Shown: piece by piece, positions 15,133 to 27,695 of the stretch
How the letters are laid out: every line of letters begins with the position of its first letter
Numbering within the stretch: position 1 is the first letter of the stretch
Assembly: GCF_009914755.1 (NCBI RefSeq)
Contig: NC_060932.1
Origin: the human T2T-CHM13v2.0 reference genome, Homo sapiens
DNA length: 64,000 nucleotides
Direction: 5' to 3' (one strand)
The notes under the pieces: model-generated
Told to the model about the DNA's origin: nothing
What the model saw: the letters and a program-made list of their open reading frames with translations, nothing else
Database searches by the model: none
Position numbers and translations under genes: made by a program

Positions 15133-15362
15133 CATGAATCAGTGAACTTTTCCTGTAGAGGACCAGATAGTAAATACTGTATTTTAGGCTTTGCCTGCTG
15201 CTATATGTTCTCTATCTCAGTTACTTAACTTGACCTTTGTAAGTGAAAACAGCCATAAACAATATGTAAAATAATGAGTGTGACTATATTCTAATAAAAC
15301 TTTATTCACAAAAACTGGTGGCAAGCTAGATCTGGCCTGTAGGCCACAATTTGCTGACCCTT
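15133..15362. mobile_element. MER58A-like DNA transposon, opposite orientation to the 13.6-kb copy
   Basis: CCAGATAGTAAATA...TTTTAGGCTTTGC...TAATAAAACTTTATT...TTTGCTGACCC. Confidence 0.75.
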
Positions 15363-17769
15363 GTTGTAGATAATAAAAATGAGTTCTGGATATGTTTAAA
15401 AGACTAACCCAAAGTCACTAACCAGGTGATTAGTGACAGCTATGAGACCAGGATTCTTCCCACTACACTGCTAATAGATTAGAAAAAACTTTACAAAATA
15501 CCATATCTTTGGAAAGGTAGTGGATAATATCAGAAAAGATTCAATTCCATGAAATTTTGGATGCCTGTCCTGTAGCTAGTGCTGCATCCTGCCACAATCC
15601 CAATCAATACCTTTGTTTTAATAATTTGTTTACCACTGTGCCTAAAAAACAATGCCTCAAGGTGAAAAAGAAAATCTGTAATGTTCTTATGTCACATGAC
15701 TCATTAGTTTTGCCAATGTTGTTCAGTGAAAGGATATATCACTTAATTAATTGTTGGTTTTGATCACTCTACCTCTAGCAAAATGACATCCAATGTTTTG
15801 CACATAAAAATTTATTTGATCTCTGCAACTCAACAGTTATATTATGATGTGAACATTAAGCCTTAAGTATTCTCTAGAAGGAAATGACTTGCTCTCTGTA
15901 TTCCTTTCCATCTTGGTACAACTCTGTCTGCAATGTCAACACAGCAGAATCTATTTCCCAGAATTAAGGAACTTTTCCTAATAAAAGGAAGTCTCCCCAC
16001 CTGATTATCAAAGTCCCACTCCCTCAAGCTCAGCTCACAAGACAGCCTCTGCTCTTGGTGATGCTGCTCCCCACACTCACCTCTGCAGCCTTTGTCTACA
16101 CAAAGGGGGAGAGAAGCCTCCCAGAGCAAAAGCAATGCTGTTGTCAATTCTTCCTGAAACTCCTTCCTCCTCTCTGAATTCAATACTGTTTTGACCTTTT
16201 CCACATCATGAGTTTCAGTTTCTTGTAACACCCTCCTCCTTCACAGGTTAGTAAAAACCCAACTGGAAGGAGCAGTAAATCAACTCAGAGCATATGGGAA
16301 ATACCACATACTCCTGTAACTCAAAGAACATATGAGGCAACAAGGAGCAGGAGAAACTACAATTGCTGTTATGTACATTGATTCTTATGACAGTTGTAAT
16401 GAAAATGGAAAACAGTTTTAGCATAACATTCCAGTTACAGTCTCAAGATGGTTGTGTTGTGGTTTTCCTTGACTAATCTGCCCAGTCAACAAGAGAGACC
16501 TGAAATTGTTTTTAGAAAATAATTACGGAGACTTAGAATTCAAACGTCCATAAAACACGCATCAGAATTTTAAAAGAATTCAAAGGGACAGTTCTCATAA
16601 GTGTATTTATGCCACCTTAAGCCACGGAAAATAGACTACATTTTCCTACCTCTCTACCCCAAAACCATAGCAAGGTATTTTCAAAAGATAATTGATCATT
16701 TACAACTCCCTTTATTCTTTAGAATAATGAGATCTTAAAGCTAGAAAGGATCTTAAAAATCAACCACTGAAATACGTTGATTTTTAATCATAAGGAAACT
16801 GAGGTATGGATGATTAATAAGTAGTTTCCTGGGATTCCAGAATTAATTGGCAACTCTAGTGTAGCACCAGAGTTGTCTAATCCCCATTCAGAAGTTCTAT
16901 CTGCTAGTCCGTGAGGCCTCTTTCATTCCAATCACATTGACCACCATTATAATCTTAAAAAGAATCTTTTTTTAAGTATCTTTTGCTGAAACAATCCCCA
17001 TGTTTTCTCATGAATCATTGATTGGCAGGACAAAAGTCTAGTGGAAACTCCTCAAGATTACTCAAGGAGTTTACAGTAAAGGCAGGAAATATGTGGGCTT
17101 TTGTTTTTTTCATTTTTGTTTTTTCTTTGTTTTTAATTTTCTATCCACATCTTAGGCCAAGCAATCAACTCTTCTGAATGAAGTCTTCTCTGGTTTTCAT
17201 GAATTTGTCTGTGTTTATCTCATAACTATAACCAAAGGTAAATCGCCAGAGCTTTCCCTTGCTGGTCTTTCCAGTCCACACCAGCAGATTGGCATGAACT
17301 CTCACACATAGGAAGCTCTGCTTTTTTTAATGTCCTCTTCGCCATGGGTTGGGCTGTTTGAAGGAAAGGGATTTGCACTGGGTTTTGACAACGATACAAT
17401 GGAAGGCATAAGGAAGTCACATTAAGAAGGAAAGGTGTGATTGAGAATCAAAGGTGTGTCTACACAGGGCATCCCAAGGAATGTGAGTAACCCAGCTTCT
17501 CGGGAGCAGGAGACTTTCTTTAAGAAAACAATAGAAAAAAACATTAGTCAATTACGGAAAAAGCAGTTTGTAGAGAACACTGAATAGCAGACTGATAAAC
17601 TTCCTTGACCATACTCCATTAGAGGTACCTGGAAAAAAGAGCAGCCAGTCTAGAAAAAGTTGATTTGAAGACAAGGATGACATAATCCCTTTGGAAGACA
17701 AACCAGACAGTGGTTTCAGGGCTGCTTCCTAGGCTCCCTGGTAACAGGGAAACATCATCATGCTGTAAT

Positions 17770-17945
17770 AGGTGCTCACCATGATTTATCTCACTTCATG
17801 TCAACCCCCACTCCCTGGAGTAGGCACTATTACCCCCATTTTCCAGATGAGATGATTGAGGCTGATAGAGGATAAATGATTTTTATTAAAGTCCCACTTC
17901 TGAGAAAAGGTAGATCTGAGTCTGAAGCCCAAGTGCACATGACAT
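17770..17945 (-). mobile_element. MIR SINE relic
   Basis: TAGGCACTATTACCCCCATTTTCCAGATGAGATGATTGAGGCT is the MIR core in reverse orientation. Confidence 0.65.
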
Positions 17946-18404
17946 TTCTTTACAGATGCACAGTTGAAACCTCTTGAAAGTGGTGCAACCCACTAGAGGT
18001 ACACATGGTAGTCAGAGCACTTAAGTAATGTTTCCTAAAAGAAAAGAAAGAATCTTAATAGATAAATAAAATGACAGAAGAATTGGCAGGACTTCAGGAC
18101 TAGTTGGATATGAAAGAAAGGGAGAATCAAAGGGACTGGGGAAATAAGGGTCTTGGAAACATGCACTGGAATGCCACACAAATAAACTTGTACATATGCA
18201 GGAACTCAAAAATACATTATTCAGGTACTGAATCTCTATTGATTTTACAAACATGGAAAGGCCTCACTCACCTGTGTATCCAGTGTTCATCTCCTTCTCT
18301 TTGCCATCCTAGCACTTTTTTGACTCCCTAAACAAGAAGACTAAGAGAAAGAAGTATCCATTTAAGACAAACTTGCCCATCTACAGAATGATGTGCAGAG
18401 GGAG

Positions 18405-19026
<622 letters not shown>

Positions 19027-19634
19027 GGCGAAAGACTGTGTAAGACCAAACCTGCTCCAAGTGCTCAGATCCAAGCTTGGTAGACTAGAGAGGGTTAGCT
19101 TTCATCCCTTTTTAGAGGTCCCAAATTTTCCCCAACTCCAGAAACTTAACAGAGCCCATTGTTAATAAGCTTAATAAAGAAACACCCTTGAAAGTTATTT
19201 CAATACTGGAGAAAAGAAAAATGTTCTGAAATAACAATATGTGCCTTTTTATCCTTTAACTTGAATCACCCATTTATTCAACAATAACTTGCTGGACACA
19301 CACTATGGATAAAGTGCTGTACTTGTGTAAGCAAAAAAAAAAAATAGCTTACCCCAAAAAAAGAAAAAATTCTAAGAAAGTTGTCATTATTGTTCTCACA
19401 GAGCACATAATTTGGTTGTCAAAAAGGATTATAAATATAACCTTTGAATTAAATCTTTTAGAATTCTTCTAGCACTTCCCATCTATTAGAGACCAGTTTG
19501 TTAATGATGATAACTGAGCATCTAATTTTATTCCCAGTGTTCCTGCATTTTGCTAAGAATATTTGTGGCTGGTTTTGTTTCTTCCTTACTCTTGAAGAGG
19601 TAGAAAATAAATGCCACCATGACAACACATTTGG

Positions 19635-20081
19635 GGGCCATAACAGTGCACCCTGCTGATCTCCTGCTGTGGGAATATAATTCACTGACTGGTGCCAGCA
19701 GCTGTTCTCTGAATCCACCACCACATTCATGCTGAGGCCACACTTCCCGCAGGCTACTCCCAGCCAGTGGTGGAGCCCAGCAAAGATACTGGCACAGACC
19801 CCATGCTGGGAGATGCAGGACTCTTCTACAGATCTTGGTTCAAGGGCTCTCTGTCAGCCTGGGCACAAATTTTCTTAGAACTGGCTGCAGTATGGGACTC
19901 TTTCTTTGATCCCATCCTCTTTCCCTCTCTCCTCAGGGGTCAGACCTGCATCATGCTTTGAAGGCTGTCCCCACCTTTTCCATCTCCCTGCCCCTCTCCC
20001 CTACTGGGCACTTCCCCAATACATCTCTTGTATGTCTAATCCTGCCTTGATGTCTGCTTCTCAGAGGATTCAAATAAGCAC
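19635..20081 (+). mobile_element. LTR16-family (ERVL) solo LTR
   Basis: GCTGAGGCCACACTTCCC...GGGGTCAGACCTGCATCA...TCTAATCCTGCCTTGATGTCTGCTTCTCAGAGGA resembles LTR16A/C; start approximate. Confidence 0.7.
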
Positions 20082-20174
20082 AACACGCACAAGCAATAAA
20101 CATTTTCACATTTGCCTTCTACAATACGTGCTCCCTCATTAATACTACCAAAGGTATGTCTTTTAAAAAGTACC

Positions 20175-20352
20175 TGAGTGGGAGGAGGGAGAGGATCAGA
20201 AAAAATAACTATTGGGTACTATGCTTATTACCTGAGTGATGAAATAATCTGTACACCAAACCCCCATGACACACAGTTTACCTACGTAGCAAGCCTGCAT
20301 ACCCACCCCGAACCTAAAATAAAAGTTATAATTAAAAAATTAAAAAAAAATT
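20175..20352 (+). mobile_element. Severely 5'-truncated L1PA15/16-like 3' end with TSD
   Basis: GAGGATCAGAAAAAATAACTATTGGGTACTATGC...CCTAAAATAAAAGTT plus A-rich tail; flanked by GTCTTTTAAAAA(G)TACC at 20158-20174 and 20357-20372. Confidence 0.85.
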
Positions 20353-20539
20353 TTAAGTCTTTTAAAAATACCCTATTCATAGCAACTTGATCTTTTGTTG
20401 CTTTTACCAGCATATGTGAGATAGTTTCAATGTACATATTTTGCCTTTGGTACTACAAAGTAAGAACTTTTTTCTTCAGTTCATTAAGAGAAAATCACCT
20501 TATTCCTCAGGATCTGGTCCAAAGCAGAGTTTAAGGACA

Positions 20540-20765
20540 CAGTAGTGTAGTGGGTAGCCATGGAATGAGACCTCATGTTCTCCCATCCTGCGATGCCTCT
20601 TAATTATCATGTGGCCTCAAACAAGCCATTTAAACCCCCTGAACCTGTTTCCTCTATAATATGTATGGAGATACTATTATCTTCCTTGCTAACTTCAAAA
20701 AACTGTTTTAAGAATCAAATGAGTTAATTATGTGAAAGTGACTTGAAAACTAGAGTGCCATACTA
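20540..20765 (+). mobile_element. MIR SINE
   Basis: CAAGCCATTTAAACCCCCTGAACCTGTTTCCTC...AGAATCAAATGAGTTAATTATGTGAAAGTG. Confidence 0.65.
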
Positions 20766-21900
20766 AAGAAAGATATTATAACGATTGTCTTCTAAATAAT
20801 AAATGGGATTGACCTACTTTATTCACATTTCCTGGGGGATAAGCACTGGATATAACAAAGTAATTTCACATCAAAATATATACATCTCAGTAGTAGGGTG
20901 GGAAAAGTAAAAAAAACTGTGGAAACGTCGAAGATCAGGTTATGTAAGCCAATCTTAAGACATCCAAGTAAGCTACAAAATTATAAACCCAGAGCTTTAC
21001 TGAAATTACCTTACCTCCTACAGACTAGAGTAAATGTAAGATGCTGGCTTAAGTGGAAAGAAAAAAAAAAAAACTTCAAGTTTAAGGTAATTTCCAAACC
21101 GCAGTGATCTGGATGAACCTTAGAACCAAATATAAGCCTTCCAATCTGCTTGAGTTTAGGTAGTAATAATAAATCTTACCACACCAGTAACTTGAGGTTT
21201 TCCTTGGTTTGATTATAAATCGCTTTTCATATGAATAAAAGAAGAAAAACATTCTCAAGGGTCAATGGGTATATGCAAATATATGTTATTTTCTTTTCTG
21301 ATATTATGATTGAATTCAGGTGTCTCTCTATGACAATGAAGTTGGTGTAAAAGTCTGTGAAACAGCACAAACCTACAGGGCTATAGGCTAATCGCAGGTG
21401 TAAATATAAGCCATTACAAACTTGATAGAACTAAAACCTATGAGAAATTTCTTTGTAATGCTCTTAATCCTGAAACCAACAGCTTCCACTGAAATTATGA
21501 GTCCTCAATTTAAAAACTTTGGAAAAATTCTCCTTTTCCTGGTTAATTGCAAAATAAACAGATGTCCTCGAGGAGAAGGTGTCTCCTTTGTTTGTTGACT
21601 GCCTTAAAACGAAGGTAATATTGAGTGGTGCTTGGAACTGTGTTAAACTAACCATGCCCTTCTCCCAGTATTTGCTTTGCGTTTCCTATTTCATTACCAA
21701 TGTTAAGTCTCTATATAAGAAGTCTGTGAAGTATATACTCATACTCATACATTAAATAGAGACATCATGCAAAGTTGTTGGATATGAGAAGAAAAAATTA
21801 ACTTCTTTTTGTTACTACTTCCCCCAACAAAGGGAATATTTGTAATCCAACAAAACAAGGGTAGGCTGTCTTACGCACTGAATAGAGGCGACTCTGCGCC

Positions 21901-21917
21901 AAAGCGAAACTGAAACT
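21901..21917 (+). promoter_or_regulatory. Candidate ISRE / IRF-binding element
   Basis: AAAGCGAAACTGAAACT matches the ISRE consensus GAAANNGAAACT and the IRF-E AAAG(C/T)GAAA in apparently unique DNA. Motif only; function untested. Confidence 0.45.
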
Positions 21918-22230
21918 CTTGCTCCATCCACAACACTTATGACAGATTTGAAAAAATGAGGAAACAAAGTCAGCCCAGTTCCTTGAGGCAGCATAGGGTT
22001 ACATTAATGGATTGGTGGTAATAGCTGAAGTTCATCTGAAGGGATGTGACAGTTACTATTTAATTGATAGAAATCTGATCAGTCCTTACAAACTCCCCTC
22101 AAACATATCTGTCCTACCACGATAAAACCCCCTCAAAATCCACCACTAAACAACAGAAAACCCAACTCAAACACCAAAGGCATATAAAATGAAGACAAAA
22201 GAACAGAGGAGGCTGGGAATTTTTACTTAC

Positions 22231-22387
22231 AGAATGTCCTGGAACAAGAACAAAAAGAGGTCTGAGGGTGATTAAAGGTCACATTGCTTCATTCCAAATG
22301 TCTTCTTCAAGGGAAAATCAGCTTTCATCAGCTTTTCCAGGTTTCTATGTCCCAGATCACCCCCACGTGTCCATCCAAACAGAGCTT
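22231..22387 (-). other. Candidate 157-nt non-coding internal exon
   Basis: On -: branch-like CACTAAG, U-rich tract TTTGTTTGTATTTATTTAG acceptor, and donor TCT|GTAAGT; stops in all three frames. Confidence 0.4.
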
Positions 22388-23710
22388 CTAAATAAATACA
22401 AACAAATGCATTCTTAGTGGGGTTGCACTTTCAAATTAAACACTATGAACTTGCTTATGTGCATGCAAATAAAATGTCATGCTCATCAGGGGAGCATACT
22501 TTGGCATCAAGTAGTATATGGTAAATGGCACATAATCTGATTGAGTGAAAACATCTCTATGCCTGAGGAGAGTCAATTTGGCTGGATCTGCTTATGATGG
22601 AATTGACTCTGTCACAGACACCCCAGGCAGAGACAACCTTATCCTTTCACATGCAATGACACTCGGCCCTTTCTACACTACCAAAGTCAGTCCTGCCTGC
22701 TTTTTTATCCATTCATTTATTCATCAAATACATTCTGAGCACCTACTATGTAACAGGAGCTATTCTAGGTACAAGGTCATCAAAATGAAATACTGTTCCT
22801 GAGATTATAAGTCTGGTTAGAATTTTACAATATATACAAAGAAGCAACTGAAAGCAAAAGTACCTACAGTGCACAGAAATGTAAATAGCACAGAACTTGC
22901 CAAACAGTAGGCGCTCAATAAATGTTAGGTGAATAAGAATTTGAATAATTATTAATAGACGGCCATGCAGAGTGCTAGAGTATAGACAGCTTAGAATTAT
23001 TCCTAGTGCATAAAAACGCAAGAAGTATTTGGAGATAGAACAAATGAAATGATAAATACTATAAGCACATAGAATAATAGTTACCTAACACAAGCAATGG
23101 CTTCCCTATGAAGGTGACATTTAAGCTAGATGAATAAGATACCAAAGAAAATTCTAGGCAGGGGGAGTAATAGTAATTGGCCAATTAACTATGTATAAGT
23201 CATGTGAGCTGAAGTATTAACCTCAGAATATGGCTGCACTTACTTCATGCTGCCTGACTTATATTGATCTGCCCAATGCTCTGAAACATGACCATGTAGC
23301 TAGTTTCATTGAAGACAACAGAAGATTCAAGCATGCACCTTCAGGAAACAGTGATAATCAATAAGCCTGTGACATTGTCCTTATAGCAAAAGCTGATTTG
23401 TTAGTGCTAAAATGCAGGGTATGTTAAAAAAAAAAAAAAGTAGAAGACACGGACAATGAAAAGCAAGAAAGAACTAAAGAAAGGTCCTTGTCTTGTGTGG
23501 TTTACAAACAGTAGAAACACAAGAAAAAATAAAGACAACAGTATTGAAGCAAAATATTTAACAACATAAAATCAGTTACATCACTTCAAATAATTCAGTT
23601 CAAGAATATTATCCTTCAAGAAAACACTAGAAAAACAAAGCTGGTTTTATTAAAATAAATGCTCAGATTTCAAAGAGAATATTTAACTTGGTATAGAAAT
23701 AAGACTGTAG

Positions 23711-24069
<359 letters not shown>

Positions 24070-24486
24070 TCAAGGGAGGATTCTCAGAGCAAATGACTTT
24101 TAGGTTGCAATGTGACAACTATATTTGCTGTGGGTTTATCTCTAAGCATATAATAAATCCAAATAAAAAAATGCAATTCATCTTAATAAAATTTGCTTTA
24201 CAAACAACCATTCAGGTAAGTATTAATTATCCCACAAAATGAAACTTGCTGTTTCTTTTTTGGGTAAAATAACATTTCTCAATAGTTTTCGCAACCGACA
24301 ATGTAACATATTGACATGTTAAAGAAGCTCCTAGGTCACATGACTAACCACTCCTCTGTAACATCCTTTCTTTACAATAACCCAGTCTCTGACAAATTTA
24401 TTGATGAAATGGAGAATCAAACTACAATGATACAAAAACAATAATCTGTTTGCCTTAATTGAAAGGAAAACATGCTACCACTGAAA

Positions 24487-24637
24487 TATATATGTACTTA
24501 CTTATATATATACTTACTTATATGTAAGTATTTATATATATTATACATATATACTTATATATAAGTACTTATATATAAGTATATATATACACTTATATAT
24601 ATACCTTCTCACATATATATACACTTACATATATACT

Positions 24638-24690
<53 letters not shown>

Positions 24691-24717
24691 TTACTATATA
24701 TATAGAGAGAGAGAGAG
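24487..24717. repeat. (TA)n-rich simple repeat with internal palindrome
   Basis: TATA-rich tract with a pure (AT)n run at about 24641-24684. Confidence 0.93.
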
Positions 24718-24914
24718 TAAGATGGTGATACGGTTTGGTTGTGTCCCCACCCAAATCTCATCTTAAATTGTAGTTCCCATAATCCCCACATGTTGTGAGA
24801 CTGGTGGGAGATAATTGAATCATGGGGTCGGTTACCCTCATGCTGTTCTTGTGATAGTGAGTGAGTTCTCATGAGATCTGATGGTTTTATAAGGGGCTTT
24901 TTCCCCCTTCACTC

Positions 24915-25103
24915 TTTTTTAAAGAATGTTGAATATTGGCCCCTACTCTCTTCTGTCTTGTAGAGTTTCTGCTGAGAGATCTGCTGTTAGTCTGATGGGC
25001 TTCCCTTTGTGGGTAACCCGACATTTCTCTCTGGCTACCGTTAACATTTTTTCCTTCATTTCAACTTTGGTCAATCTGACTATTACGTGTCTTGGGGTTG
25101 CTC
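24915..25103 (-). repeat. 189-bp inverted copy of L1 ORF1 segment 29722-29910 inserted in the THE1D 5' LTR
   Basis: Manual alignment: the reverse complement is identical to 29722-29910. The ORF track shows the same peptide ATPRHVIVRLTKVEMKEKMLTVAREKCRVTHKGKPIRLTADLSAETLQDRRE on opposite strands. Confidence 0.95.
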
Positions 25104-25745
25104 CTTCCTGCTGCCATGTGAAGAAGGATGAAGGATGTATTTGCTTCCCCTTCTGCCATGACTGCAAGTTTCCTGAGGCCACCCTAGCCCTGTGGAATTT
25201 TGAGTCAATTAAACCTCTTTCCTTTGTAAATTACCCAGTCTCAGGCAGTCCTTTATAGCAGTGTGAGAATGGACTAATACAGTAAATTGGTACCAGGAGT
25301 GGGACACTGCTGTAAAGATACCCAAAAATGTGAAAGTGACTTTGGAACTGGGTAACGGGCAGAGGTAGGAACAGTTTGGAGGAATCAGAAGAAGACAGGA
25401 AAATGTGGGAAAGCTTGGAACTTCCTAGAGACTATGAGGGCTCAGAAGACAGGAAGATGTGGGAAAATTTGGAACTTCCTAGAGACTTGTTGAATGGCTT
25501 TGACCAAAATGATGATAATGATATGGACAATGAAGTCCAGGCTGAGGTGGTCTCAGATGGAGATGGGAAACTTGTTGGGAACTGGAATAAAGGTAACTCT
25601 TGTTATGCAAAAAAGACTGGCAGCATTTTCTCCTGCCCCGGAGATGGTTTCCTGGGCCAGGGCCAGGGTCCTCCTGCTGTGTGCAGCCTTGGGATTTGGT
25701 GCCCTGCATCCCAACTGCTTCAGCCATGGCTAAAAGAAGCCAATG

Positions 25746-26038
25746 GGCCAGGAGTGGTGGCTCATGCCTGTAATCTCTGCACGTTGGGAGGCCGAGGCAG
25801 GTGGATCACAAGGTCAGGAAATCAAGACCATCCTGGCCAACATGGTAAAACACCATCTCTACTAAAAACACAAAAATTAGCTGGGTGTGGTGGAATGCAC
25901 CTGTAATCTCAGCTACTCAGAAGGCTGAGGCAGGAGAATCACTTGAACCCAGGGGGCGGAGATTGCAGTGAGTCAAGATCATACCACAGCACTCTAGCCT
26001 GGCAACACAGCCAGACTCTGTCTCAAAAAAACAAAAAA
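25746..26038 (+). mobile_element. Alu SINE (AluSc-like) nested in THE1D-int
   Basis: Full dimer; TSD core AAGCCAAT on both sides. Confidence 0.92.
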
Positions 26039-26163
26039 GCCAATATACAGCTCAGGCCATTGCTTAAGAGGGTGCAAGCCCCAAGCCTTGGCAGCTTCCA
26101 TGTGGTGTTGGGCCTGCGGGTGTGCAGAGGTCAAAAATTGAGGTTTGAGAGCCTCCACCTAGA

Positions 26164-26325
26164 TTTCAGATGATGTATGGAAATGCCTGGATGTCCACGC
26201 AAAAGTCTGCTGCAGGGGCAGAGCCCTCATGGAGAACCTCTGCTTTTCAGATGATGTATGGAAATGCCTGGATGTCCACGCAAAAGTCTGCTGCAGGGGC
26301 AGAGCCCTCATGGAGGACATCTGCT
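26164..26325 (+). repeat. 81-bp tandem duplication within THE1D-int
   Basis: Units 26164-26244 and 26245-26325 differ at 2 positions; gives the repeated peptide MMYGNAWMSTQKSAAGAEPSWRTSA. Confidence 0.93.
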
Positions 26326-27364
26326 AGGGTACTGCAGAAGGGAAATGTGGGGTTGGAGCCCCCACACAGAGTCCCCACTGGGGCACTCCCTAGTGGAGCT
26401 GTGAGAAGAGGGTCACCGTCCTCCAGGCCCCAAAATAGTAGATCCACAAACAGCTTGCACCGTGCACCTGGAAAAGCCACAGACAATGCCAGCCATGAAA
26501 GCAGCTGGGAGGGTGTTGTACCCTGCAAAGACACAAAGGCGGAGCTGCCTAATGTGGGAGCCCACTTCTTGCATCAGCGTGACCTGGATGTGAGACATGG
26601 AGTCAAAGGAGATCATTTTGGAACATTAAGGTTTAATGACTGCCCTATTGGATTTCAGACTTGCAAGAGGCCTGTAGCCCCTTTGTTTCAGCCAATTTCT
26701 CCCATTTGGAATGGGTGTATTTGCCCATTGCCTGTACCCCCATTGTATCTAGGAAGTAACTACCTTGCTTTTTATTTTGCACACTCATAGGTGGAAAGGA
26801 CTTGCCTTGTCTCAGATGAGACTTTGGACTTGGACTTTTGGGTTAATGCTGGAATTAGTTAAGACTTTGGGGAGACTGTTTAGGCCATGGTTGTGTTTTG
26901 AAATGTGAGGACATGAGATTTGGAAGACACCAGGTGCAGAATGGTATAATTTGGCTGTGTCCCCATCCAAATCTCATTTTGAAATGTAATTCCCATTATC
27001 CCCATGTGTCATGGGAGAAACCCAGTGGGAAGTAATTGAGTCACAGGGATGGTTACCCTCATGCTATTCTCATTATAGTGAGTGAGTTCTCACAAGATTT
27101 GATGGTTTTATAAGGGGCTTTCCCCCCTTTCACTCGGCACTCGTCCTTCCTGCCACCACATGAAGAAGGACATGTTTGCTTCCCCTTATGCCATGACTGT
27201 AAGTTTCCTGAGGCCTCCCCAGCCCTCCAGAACTGTGAGTTAAACCTCCTTCCTTTACAAATTATCCAATCTCAGGCAGTTCTATATAGCAGCATGAGAA
27301 CAGACTAATACAGATGGTAAACTATATATGTATATTTTACCTCAATTAAAAAATTAAAAAGAAG

Positions 27365-27695
<331 letters not shown>

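Larger units (their letters stand above)
24726..27312 (+). mobile_element. Complete THE1D-like MaLR provirus (5' LTR 24726-25281, internal 25282-26941, 3' LTR 26942-27312)
   Basis: TGATACGGTTTGG...ACTAATACA termini; perfect 5-bp TSD GATGG at 24721-24725 and 27313-27317; THE1-int-type ORFs (MWESLELPRDLLNGFDQN). Confidence 0.94.

Noticed and set aside
20175-20352. This L1 3' end as the missing tail of the minus-strand L1 at 6217
   Set aside because: It has its own TSD and lies 6.7 kb beyond that element's 5' end, so it is an independent insertion.
25378-25486. About 55-bp tandem duplication (..CAGAAGACAGGAA(A/G)ATGTGGGAAA..GGAACTTCCTAGAGAC x2)
   Set aside because: The units are clearly diverged, and I recall this duplication as a feature of THE1C/D internal consensus sequences, so it is probably inherited rather than locus-specific.
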